Positions 39,614 to 47,832 of a stretch of DNA of 64,000 bases are shown here, piece after piece. The position numbers and the translations under genes are program-made. The stretch is from NCBI GenBank assembly GCA_009908855.1, contig JAAAOM010000003.1, positions 77,663-141,662 on the forward strand. The letters run 5' to 3'. The notes under the pieces were generated by a model that did no database searches, was not told the origin of the DNA, and saw only the letters and a list, made by a program, of their open reading frames with translations. Numbering within the stretch: the stretch's first letter is position 1; each line of letters opens with the position of its first letter. Origin of the DNA: Bacteroidota bacterium (GTDB lineage: Bacteria > Bacteroidota > Bacteroidia > Bacteroidales > JAAAOM01).

Positions 39614-39826
39614 TTATACAATATCGATTGCTAAATCCTGAAAATGAATTACATCATCTTTCCTGATTTTGGCCCGTTTACGTGTTTCAACTTCATGATT
39701 AACCGATACATGACCTTGTTCTATCAATAATTTTGACATGCCTCCTGAATGAGCCATCTGTAATACTTTTAATAGCTTATATAATTCAATCGAATCGCTT
39801 TTTAATTCAAAGGTGAGATGTTGCAT
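39614..39826 (-). CDS. S4-domain RNA-binding protein (YaaA-like)
   Basis: 70-aa ORF. LYKLLKV...GGMSKLLIEQGHVSVNHEVETRKRAKIRKDDVI matches the small S4-domain protein pattern. Confidence 0.7.
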   Translation of the reverse strand: MQHLTFELKSDSIELYKLLKVLQMAHSGGMSKLLIEQGHVSVNHEVETRKRAKIRKDDVIHFQDLAIDIV

Positions 39827-39904
39827 GAAGTAATGTTCGGTAATTGAATACCAATTAAAGATAATTTTTTGAGAATTGAAAAGAAATACTGATAAATACG
39901 CTGC

Positions 39905-40195
39905 TTATTTGCTAAGGGTAAGTGTTTCAACAAGATCGTTTACCTCCTCTTCAACGTTGGTAATCAGAATTTTTGCTCCTTTTTCGTTGGCTGATTTAAA
40001 CAGATCAAACAATGTATTAAAACCTTTGGAGCTGAAGTTCCTGATTCCTTTGAAATTAATGATAAACATCCTGTCTTCTCCCAGTTTGGGTGTTATTTCG
40101 CGGGTAAGTGAATTGGCCAGGTCTTCGGTAAATCCGGAATCATTCCCGATGTTTACCATATATTCTTTTTCTTTATAATGATTGATATCGATCAT
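39905..40195 (-). CDS. STAS-domain protein (anti-sigma-factor-antagonist-like)
   Basis: 96-aa ORF. FIINFKGIRNFSSKGFNTLFDLF...GAKILITNV resembles the SpoIIAA/STAS core, including a Ser in the usual phospho-site region. The +-strand ORF 39876..40178 is judged spurious. Confidence 0.65.
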   Translation of the reverse strand: MIDINHYKEKEYMVNIGNDSGFTEDLANSLTREITPKLGEDRMFIINFKGIRNFSSKGFNTLFDLFKSANEKGAKILITNVEEEVNDLVETLTLSK

Positions 40196-40243
40196 ACAAC
40201 CTTTTTTATATTAAACATGAGCAGGAATCAATTGTTCTACAAC

Positions 40244-42244
40244 TTACTGAATACTTTTTACCACAAAGCTGATTAATTCATCAGCCGGATTTGGTTTTTC
40301 GAATGCTTTGGTGATATAAGATGGTTTATTTAAGAGTTTCCGATCGATCATTTCATTAATAGTATCAACATATTTCAAGGATGTTTTACCCACCAACAAC
40401 GAATCAAGTTTGCCATTTTCCTGATAATAATTAAGTATATCACGAAAACCACGCAGATATAAAAAATCTTTTGTAAATCCCCCTCCCCTATACACACGTG
40501 CCGTAAAATAAAAAGCCTTTTCGGCAGAAATATCAGCCAGGTCGCGGATGTAATAAAAAGTATCGCGGAAGCTTTTGCCTCTTAAAAGGCTTTGGATACA
40601 TAAAACCCTTAAGGCTAATTCTTTTAATCGTTCAATACTGAGATTACCTGAAAGCATTTCACTTAAAATAGCCAGCCCTTCCTGCGTTAATGTATTAACA
40701 GGCAATCCCAGCCGTAATATTTGCAAGGGTTGGTTCCGGGCATTGATGGTAGTTACCATGTGAACACCTATTTCATGTTCGCTCAATGCGCGCAATGCCC
40801 TTTCGGAATAATAAGTACCGCGTCGGAGCCTTATGGTTTTTTTGTTGTTAAGCACCAATACTTTGGCTACAATGTTTTTGGCAATTTCCACTTTACAGTC
40901 AAAGCCATAGTCGGCAACTTCCTTACGGAAATAGTTCCTGGCTGCTTCCACCGATATATTTTCTTCTACATCGCCAACATCATGATTACCGGCATGCATT
41001 ATGAATTGGGCATTACTCACATCATTCTCTGATGGCTCACCAAAATAACGCAATGAATTATATACGAATTTATCGGTACCGATGGTGGCAATCAGGTCTA
41101 CCTTATCAGCATAGGCATCAATCACATCCTTATACATATTTTGGATGTTGATGTCACTAATTTGTTCCACCTTTATATTGTACAGTTTACGTTTGAATTC
41201 GAAGGGGTTAATAACAAGCTGACGATACCTAAACTCGGGATTGACATTGAATTTCGACTGAAAGAACCGTTTTTTTTCCTGTTCCAGGTTAACAGGGTTG
41301 ATAAAATTCAATATTTCAAAATTGCGTACCAATTGAAATAATTCCCGGTCTACTTTCATGGTTTCTTTATCGGGTGCCTGAGAAAGCAGGTATGGCGCTT
41401 TAACGTTGCGGTCTTTAATAATATACCGATTGAAATATTTGGAAAGATTAATTATGGACTGACGCATACCAACCGAAATTGCATCTACCACCACGGGATA
41501 GAATACGCCCTGCTCTTCATCGCCATATACCTTCTTAACTTCAGTGGGTAATATCAGGGTGTTTCGGAAATTTTGTTGCGCAAATTCGGCCAGGTACCCG
41601 CGGCCATAGAAAATATCGTTTATGGCTACGGTAGTTTCAATATCAGGAATTTCGATTTTTCGCAGTTCAGCAAACCACTTTTTTATGGCTTTGTTGTATC
41701 GCCTGGTATCAATCAGATCAGTACCAATATTAATGACCGGTAATATTCGATTGTATCGCTTATAGTTAAATGAATGTATATCAAATACCAAACAGCTGTT
41801 AAAAGTTTCTTCAAGGTGCTTGATTAAAGCATATACTACTTTATAAAAATTATGATGTTTGGACAGCGATGTTTCTTTCTGTTTTTTTGTTAATGGCTTC
41901 TTCCACACCTGTTTACCCCATGCTTCGCCATAAATTGCATCGGCAGGATTTCGATTCAGGTCATATTCATATCGCGTATCATTCCCCACCAACCGAATGG
42001 GAAAACCACTTATAAACTGATCTGTTTTCGGGTCTTCTTCATATAACCGTTCGTTTTCATTTAATAAACAATTACCATGCAGCTCCTCCCGGAAATTATG
42101 TCCGGCATGTATGGCCGCGCATACATAAGGTACATAATCATCAATAAATATACTGAATGATTCGTCTTCGGTAGTTGCCTGAAAAGTTTTATGCTGATTG
42201 ATCCGTTTCAGGATATCATCGATAGATAGCTTAAGCATTTTCAA
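40244..42244 (-). CDS. two-domain hydrolase: N-formylglutamate-amidohydrolase-like N-domain fused to a DUF1704 / QEGLA-motif (MATCAP-family) metallocarboxypeptidase-like C-domain
   Basis: 666-aa ORF. The N-half carries FGase-like motifs (AAIHAGHNF, TRYEYDLNRNP, LVFDIHSF). The C-half carries HEIGVH (HExxxH) followed about 30 aa later by LTQEGLA. The start overlaps the upstream ATP-grasp gene by 14 nt. Confidence 0.75.
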   Translation of the reverse strand: MKMLKLSIDDILKRINQHKTFQATTEDESFSIFIDDYVPYVCAAIHAGHNFREELHGNCLLNENERLYEEDPKTDQFISGFPIRLVGNDTRYEYDLNRNPADAIYGEAWGKQVWKKPLTKKQKETSLSKHHNFYKVVYALIKHLEETFNSCLVFDIHSFNYKRYNRILPVINIGTDLIDTRRYNKAIKKWFAELRKIEIPDIETTVAINDIFYGRGYLAEFAQQNFRNTLILPTEVKKVYGDEEQGVFYPVVVDAISVGMRQSIINLSKYFNRYIIKDRNVKAPYLLSQAPDKETMKVDRELFQLVRNFEILNFINPVNLEQEKKRFFQSKFNVNPEFRYRQLVINPFEFKRKLYNIKVEQISDINIQNMYKDVIDAYADKVDLIATIGTDKFVYNSLRYFGEPSENDVSNAQFIMHAGNHDVGDVEENISVEAARNYFRKEVADYGFDCKVEIAKNIVAKVLVLNNKKTIRLRRGTYYSERALRALSEHEIGVHMVTTINARNQPLQILRLGLPVNTLTQEGLAILSEMLSGNLSIERLKELALRVLCIQSLLRGKSFRDTFYYIRDLADISAEKAFYFTARVYRGGGFTKDFLYLRGFRDILNYYQENGKLDSLLVGKTSLKYVDTINEMIDRKLLNKPSYITKAFEKPNPADELISFVVKSIQ

Positions 42245-43259
42245 TTATATTACGGAAACTACGCTTACGGTCAATGGCCGATTCTTTATGTTGCACAACA
42301 TTCTCGGCAAAATCAATAATCTGTTTTTGCAGTTTTACGCGGTTGAATTTATTGATGCGGGTAATTCCTCCCGGACTGCAAACATTTATTTCAATGAGTT
42401 TACCATTGATTATATCCAGCCCTACAAAATACAACCCGTCTGATACTAACTTGGAACCGATATTCCTGCATAGTTTTCTTTCGGCTTTGGTTAAATTATG
42501 TTTCACGGCATTGCCGCCTGCATGAATATTTGAACGTACATCATCATCGGCCGGCACCCGGCGGTATGCACCAATGGGTTCACCGTTGAGCATCAATACG
42601 CGTACATCACCTTTTTCAGCTCCTTCAACATAGTCCTGTAAAATCACATAATTACTGTCCTTTTTGCCGGATATATAAAAATCGAGAATGGAATTGATAT
42701 TTTGGGTGGCATTTTTCTCCAACACTATCACACCGCTTCCGCCAAAACCATCTAAAGGCTTTAATATCATCCATTTGGAGTCAGATTCCTTAATGATCTT
42801 TTTCAAATAATCTTTATTCTTGGATACATGCGTAGCAGGAATCATTTCATGTTCCGGATCATTAAAACATGCCGGATACAGTTTATTGCTTGCTTTACGC
42901 AGGCCATCAATATCGTTTATGATAAAAGTATCGTCCTTGACAGAATCCAGGAAATTTAACATAATCGGATCAAGCGGTGGATTGGTGCGAACAAATATCA
43001 CATCAAAACCCGATAACGGGAACATCTGCTCCTTAAACCTCGCTTTTTTATAAAATGTGGTGATGGTAGGAGATATTTTTTCATCTTTCAGTAGCATTTT
43101 TACAAATGCATAAGCATTGTTTCCCCGTATGGTTAAATTATTGGGATATACCACACCAACCTTATGCCCACGCAAAGCGGCCTCGTGCACCATACGTAAA
43201 CTTGAATCGGTCTCAGGTTCAATTACTTCCCACGGATATAAAATAAAGCAAATATTCAT
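42231..43259 (-). CDS. GshB-like ATP-grasp ligase (glutathione-synthetase family)
   Basis: The ORF is open to 43355, but the conserved N-terminus begins at MNICFILYPW (ATG at 43259). It is colinear with E. coli GshB motifs (DSS, DVIFVRTNPPLD, NKLYPACF, ILKPLDGFGGSGV, GDVRVLMLNGEP, RSNIHAGG, YFVGLDIINGKLIEINVCSPGG). Confidence 0.85.
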   Translation of the reverse strand: MNICFILYPWEVIEPETDSSLRMVHEAALRGHKVGVVYPNNLTIRGNNAYAFVKMLLKDEKISPTITTFYKKARFKEQMFPLSGFDVIFVRTNPPLDPIMLNFLDSVKDDTFIINDIDGLRKASNKLYPACFNDPEHEMIPATHVSKNKDYLKKIIKESDSKWMILKPLDGFGGSGVIVLEKNATQNINSILDFYISGKKDSNYVILQDYVEGAEKGDVRVLMLNGEPIGAYRRVPADDDVRSNIHAGGNAVKHNLTKAERKLCRNIGSKLVSDGLYFVGLDIINGKLIEINVCSPGGITRINKFNRVKLQKQIIDFAENVVQHKESAIDRKRSFRNIIENA

Positions 43260-43327
43260 TACGCCAGTTGTTTTTTTGCGGTTGCTAATGTCGTTTAATA
43301 AAATTGAATTTACATTTAATTTGCCAT

Positions 43328-43370
43328 TCAATTTGCCATTCAATTTGCCATTCAATTTGAATAAAATTTA
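43328..43370. repeat. 12-nt tandem repeat, about 3.6 copies (AATTTGCCATTC)
   Basis: Direct reading gives aatttgccattc three times, then aatttga. It lies 69 nt upstream of the probable ATP-grasp start. If translated it would read (NGKL)3. Confidence 0.9.
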
Positions 43371-43615
43371 GCAGATTAAAAAAAGATTGCTTCAGCGATC
43401 ATATATACATTCACCGAAGCCCATGCATCGAAAAGAAAAAACAACTTTGAAATCAATGCCGTTTAGCGGAGGTAATTTATTTTGTAATTATAAAAAATAG
43501 GAGAATACATTTATAACCAATATTATTTTCAGTTTCATTTACGCAATGGGTCGTGTTTTATGTGTGGGGCCACGTATTTACCTGAATTAGGTGAGATTTG
43601 CTGATGAAATAGTAT

Positions 43616-43666
43616 ATGAGGCTGGCTATAAAATTTTTAATCTGATACTTTATTAGCCAGCCTCAT
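43616..43666. repeat. 13-bp perfect inverted repeat with a 25-nt spacer
   Basis: ATGAGGCTGGCTA (43616..43628) is the exact reverse complement of TAGCCAGCCTCAT (43654..43666). It lies about 100 nt downstream of the MtaC-like gene, and no U-tract follows on either strand. Confidence 0.8.
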
Positions 43667-43768
43667 GAAAAAGGTGCTTTATACCGGTTTGAAAATTGCA
43701 TTTTTCTTACATTCCGACCCGGGTATACGAATGCCGTTAATACGTAATGTCCAAACAACCATATAACC

Positions 43769-44440
43769 TTAGGCTGCCAGTAATTTATTCAGGCTGGATA
43801 CGGCTCCTTGCGGATCAGGAGAATATGCATCAGCACTAATTTTCTCACAAAATTCCTGATTAACAGGTGCTCCGCCAATTATAATTTTCGTATCAGGAGA
43901 AGCCGCCTTGATTTCCCCGACAATTTTCTCCATACTTACCATTGTAGTAGTAAGCAAAGCCGATAAACCGACAAAGCAACCGGGATATTGTTTAATGGTT
44001 TCAATAAAGGATTCAGCTGATACATCAACGCCTAAATCAACTACATTCCATCCGTTTCCTTCCACCATCATGGAAACCAGATTTTTGCCTATATCATGCA
44101 AATCACCCGAGACAGTGCCTATAACAAATGTTCCTTTTTGTTGAACCGACCCGTCCTGAAAATAAGGTTTAATATGCAACATGGCTTTGCTCATGGCCTT
44201 GGCAGACATAAGCATCTGCGGAACAAAAATTTTATTTTGCGTAAATTTATTACCGACTTTTTCCATTGCAGCAATCATGCCATCGGAAAGTATTTCCGAA
44301 GGTTTAATTCCGCTATCCAGGGCTGATTTCACCAGTTCATCTGCTCCATCCTGTCCTTTCATATCAGGTGGAAAGGGACTGTTTTTATCAATTTTACCAA
44401 ACTCAATACAATGCGCGATTTGTTCAATTATTTTTTCCAT
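43769..44440 (-). CDS. mtaC: corrinoid (B12)-binding protein, MtaC/MtbC-like
   Basis: 223-aa ORF with an N-terminal helical cap domain plus a Rossmann B12-binding domain. It carries the DxHxxG signature (GDLHDIGKN), SxL (LSALLTTT) and GG (IIIGGAPV). Confidence 0.85.
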   Translation of the reverse strand: MEKIIEQIAHCIEFGKIDKNSPFPPDMKGQDGADELVKSALDSGIKPSEILSDGMIAAMEKVGNKFTQNKIFVPQMLMSAKAMSKAMLHIKPYFQDGSVQQKGTFVIGTVSGDLHDIGKNLVSMMVEGNGWNVVDLGVDVSAESFIETIKQYPGCFVGLSALLTTTMVSMEKIVGEIKAASPDTKIIIGGAPVNQEFCEKISADAYSPDPQGAVSSLNKLLAA

Positions 44441-44499
44441 GACAATTTATTTATTCAATTATTTAATTTACTAATAATTTATGATTTTATTGCTTTAAT

Positions 44500-45885
44500 T
44501 TAGGTGATACCATACTCATTAAGCAAAATTTTATTTTGATCTAAAGTTGGTACTACCAGGTCAATAAACTTCTCCTCATTAAACGGGATTGCTTCTAATT
44601 CTGAACGTAACATGTCAATCCAGGTAAGTTCCATGTCATTTAATGTTAGTTTATCCTGTTTATAGGCCTTGTCTATAATTTCAACTGATTTCAGACATCC
44701 TAATACGCAGGCTTCGATATAATTATTGCCCTTTACGATTTCCTTTGAAATTTCAATTACGCTTTCAGGTGCAAGTACCAATGCCTGCGGATCGTAAGAG
44801 ATATCAGAATTCACCATTAGTTCCTGTAATTGTGTGCAGGCATCGTGGCCTTTATGTACAGCCTGGTTCATTAAACGACAATCGTACTCAAGCTGTTCAA
44901 GATAGACGGTAGGTGCAAAACCAGCCAACAGTTTAATGTTCTGAACCGATTCGTTGCTCCATAAATCGCAACAAGCGGCTGCTATGTTACCTACAGGACT
45001 TAAATGTGCACATGCGGCAGTTTTACCTTCCATCGAAATGGGTATCCCGGCAATAGCCTTTAAGAAGGGGCCTTCATAACCACAGTCTTTATCCGGCCCG
45101 GTAGCACCGTGCTCAACAGCCACCAGCGTTCTTACCACCGTTGCTACGCGAGCAACAGCCGCAAAAATTTTTGGTATATATTTTTTTTCGGCAAGAACCA
45201 TTGCTGTATTTCCAAATCCGCATGCCGTATCACCACCCATCAATACACCTGTTTTACCGGCAACGTCAGCAATTTTATCCCATAAAAAATGCATGTCACG
45301 AACCCCCAGAACTGCCTGACTGAATATGAATTGTGTCATATTACACATCATCAGTGCGTCATCAGAAATTTCCTTGCCACCGGTGCTTTCGATACTCAGC
45401 AGATTACCACCTGCTTTCGCCCCTTCTTCAAACAACTGCATCATCGGATCAAGATATGCACCGGTACGTTGCCTCGGAGGGCGGTCAAATTCGCGTAAAT
45501 CATTTGGTGTAAGGCGAATCTCAGTAGGCAACTGATGCTTTTGATAGTATTCTTCACAAATTTCATTCATGGTTTTTACAACTCCCACACCTATATCCGG
45601 GTATTTGGTCATTTCAATAACCGTTTCCAGTTCTAAAACCACTCCTTGGCTATATAAGTCCTTAGCCCTTTCAAGTGCACCGGTTGTAATTTGACGATAA
45701 TGTTCAATAACCTGTTCTTTAGAATCCGGGGAGACTTCAATAGAAGGAAGGGTGAAATTCAGTTCCGGGTAAACCCGGCCTCCGCCAATAACCAATCCGC
45801 GTTTGGTTGTTACAGGATGTGGTGTATTACCAAAAATCAGGTCATTGGCATTTTTTATAGCTAAATCACGATATTTCATATTCAA
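44500..45885 (-). CDS. mtaB: MtaB-family methanol:corrinoid methyltransferase homologue
   Basis: 461-aa ORF. Long colinear similarity to Methanosarcina MtaB as I recall it: LLSIESTGGKE, GGDTACGFGNTAM, GPDKDCGYEG, KAIAGIPISMEGKTAACAH, CCDLWSNESV. The Glu/Cys/Cys positions matching the MtaB zinc ligands appear conserved. Confidence 0.8.
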   Translation of the reverse strand: MNMKYRDLAIKNANDLIFGNTPHPVTTKRGLVIGGGRVYPELNFTLPSIEVSPDSKEQVIEHYRQITTGALERAKDLYSQGVVLELETVIEMTKYPDIGVGVVKTMNEICEEYYQKHQLPTEIRLTPNDLREFDRPPRQRTGAYLDPMMQLFEEGAKAGGNLLSIESTGGKEISDDALMMCNMTQFIFSQAVLGVRDMHFLWDKIADVAGKTGVLMGGDTACGFGNTAMVLAEKKYIPKIFAAVARVATVVRTLVAVEHGATGPDKDCGYEGPFLKAIAGIPISMEGKTAACAHLSPVGNIAAACCDLWSNESVQNIKLLAGFAPTVYLEQLEYDCRLMNQAVHKGHDACTQLQELMVNSDISYDPQALVLAPESVIEISKEIVKGNNYIEACVLGCLKSVEIIDKAYKQDKLTLNDMELTWIDMLRSELEAIPFNEEKFIDLVVPTLDQNKILLNEYGIT

Positions 45886-45894
45886 ATGTATTAA

Positions 45895-46929
45895 TTATGT
45901 TTCACGTACTAAAAGTTCAGATAAAATGACTAATTGTTTACTGGTTAGTTCAGGGTCGTTATGGATGATTTGTACAATTCTGCGGGCCATCTCGGCATAG
46001 TTGCAGTCTAATACTGTTAAAGGCGGATTGCAATACCTTGTAATCTCTGTATTGCCGTATGAGACAATGGCAACATCGTCAGGTACTTTAATACGCCAGC
46101 TTTGTAATCTTCCTAAAATCCGGATTGACCGTGTATCCTGTAATGATAATATGCCGGTTATATGATTGTCCTGAATATATGCTTTGTTTATACGGTTTAG
46201 GTTGGTATTAATAAATAATTTGCGTTGTGGCTGCCTGGAAGCAATAATCTGCCATGCCGTATTTTCAATTAATTCCATAATCATGTGTTTTCCTTGCCAG
46301 GGTTCATCAACCGAGAGTAATATATTTCCGGAGTTAGCACTAAAAAGATAATTGATGGCGCGCTTTATACCCAGGTCATAACTTTGTACGGCATATTCAA
46401 AATACGAACCGGCCATGGTATAATCGGCCAGCACAAGTTTAGACTTTTCAAGTGAAAGGTGTCGGTAAAACTCGGCGGTGAGCATTTCATTATAGTTAGG
46501 AACCACAATGATAGCCTCAAAGCCCTGATTAATAAGATTCCCGACCAGACGCATTTCTTCAGCCGCATTATTATAATGCAGAAAATATTGCAACTTACGC
46601 TCATACTGCTCGGCCAGGTTGTTTATTTCAGAAATTAATTGTTCAATATTAGAAGAATAAAAGGGTATGACCATACCCCAAATTTTAATTACTTTTTTTA
46701 CGGACAAAACGTAAGTACCTTTGCCTGCCCGTGATACCACAAGATTTTCATCGATAAGAGATTTAATTACTTTTTTAGCCGTTTCACGCGATACCTTATG
46801 CCGGTCCATTATACGATTTATGGAATCAATGCGTGAACCGGCTTCATATTCCTGAGCAATAATCTTATTCCGGTAGTAATCGGTAAGACGTTTATAGATA
46901 GGTATGTAATCCTGAAATTCCAATGGCAT
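45895..46929 (-). CDS. AraR-like transcriptional regulator (GntR wHTH + LacI-type sugar-binding domain)
   Basis: 344-aa ORF. The N-terminal GntR HTH reads SINRIMDRHKVSRETAKKVIKSLIDENLVVSRAGKGTYV. The C-terminal periplasmic-binding-protein-like domain reads VPDDVAIVSYGNTEI...PPLTVLD. It ends 9 nt upstream of the mtaB-like start. Confidence 0.8.
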   Translation of the reverse strand: MPLEFQDYIPIYKRLTDYYRNKIIAQEYEAGSRIDSINRIMDRHKVSRETAKKVIKSLIDENLVVSRAGKGTYVLSVKKVIKIWGMVIPFYSSNIEQLISEINNLAEQYERKLQYFLHYNNAAEEMRLVGNLINQGFEAIIVVPNYNEMLTAEFYRHLSLEKSKLVLADYTMAGSYFEYAVQSYDLGIKRAINYLFSANSGNILLSVDEPWQGKHMIMELIENTAWQIIASRQPQRKLFINTNLNRINKAYIQDNHITGILSLQDTRSIRILGRLQSWRIKVPDDVAIVSYGNTEITRYCNPPLTVLDCNYAEMARRIVQIIHNDPELTSKQLVILSELLVRET

Positions 46930-47011
46930 TATTTTATGGTTCCAAGATAGTCAGTATAACCATAAATACCATCACATTACATCACGGTTTATTATAAATC
47001 ATCACATTTTC

Positions 47012-47689
47012 TTATTTATGATGTGAGGAATGATGCGTGGTGGCATGTTTTATTAACCTACAGCCTGCCAATAATTCGATAAAAAGGTCATACACATCAT
47101 CCGAAGGCAAATAATTGGCATTCAGGCCCAATTTTAAATCAAACCCGTTTTTGGCTGCCAAACTAACACCAAGCGGTACCTGCAAGGCAACTTTTTTCCG
47201 CATAGCACCAACTGATAATCCCGAGTAAGGTTTTATAATGCCTAATTTCACTGAATGCAAGTAGTATCTCATACCAACAAAAAAACCATTTCCGCCGTCT
47301 TCTGTATTCTTCACCACGTCGATTGCATAGTTTATGGATGGTTTAGTGAAATAATTCAGGTGGAATTTATAGAAAAAACTTCCTCCGGTAAGGTCCATCA
47401 TCATACCAGCACTTATGCCATGCCTGTCGGGTATTCGTTTTGACCTGGCGCTTACAAGAACAACATCTCCATTGTTATAGATAATCTTATCAATGTTTTT
47501 GGTATCCTCAATGACTATGATGGTATCTTTGGCATCTAAAAACCGATATTTAACCTGTTTATCGGACTTTTCGGTAATTTTAACCAATTTTTCTTCGCCT
47601 GTTTTAAAATAGATTGTGTCTTGTGAGTAACTCATATTTGCCATGAGCATAAAGCCGGCAAACACGCTCCATACGCCCCAAAATTTCAT
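47012..47689 (-). CDS. hypothetical secreted protein, possible small beta-barrel, with a His-rich C-terminal tail
   Basis: 225-aa ORF with a signal peptide (FMLMANMSYSQ), an alternating hydrophobic pattern in the C-half, and a tail reading KHATTHHSSHHK. Confidence 0.5.
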   Translation of the reverse strand: MKFWGVWSVFAGFMLMANMSYSQDTIYFKTGEEKLVKITEKSDKQVKYRFLDAKDTIIVIEDTKNIDKIIYNNGDVVLVSARSKRIPDRHGISAGMMMDLTGGSFFYKFHLNYFTKPSINYAIDVVKNTEDGGNGFFVGMRYYLHSVKLGIIKPYSGLSVGAMRKKVALQVPLGVSLAAKNGFDLKLGLNANYLPSDDVYDLFIELLAGCRLIKHATTHHSSHHK

Positions 47690-47832
47690 GTTCCGTATTT
47701 AAATGATGCTGTTATATGTATTTTGAACTATTGGGAGTAAATGTAACCAGATAATATATAGAGACCAAATAGATGAAGGGTATTTTTCAGATTTAAAGCT
47801 ATTTTATTCTTATTTGTTACAAACCCTGTAAA

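Noticed and set aside
39876-40178. 100-aa + strand ORF overlapping the STAS gene
   Set aside because: The minus-strand frame gives a recognisable STAS-like sequence and fits the co-directional operon. The + frame has no recognisable features.
43260-43355. N-terminal extension of the ATP-grasp ORF encoding MNGKLNGKLNGKLN...
   Set aside because: Similarity to GshB starts exactly at the internal MNICFILYPW (ATG at 43259). The extension is generated by a DNA tandem repeat and is more likely leader or promoter. This remains unproven; see the repeat finding.
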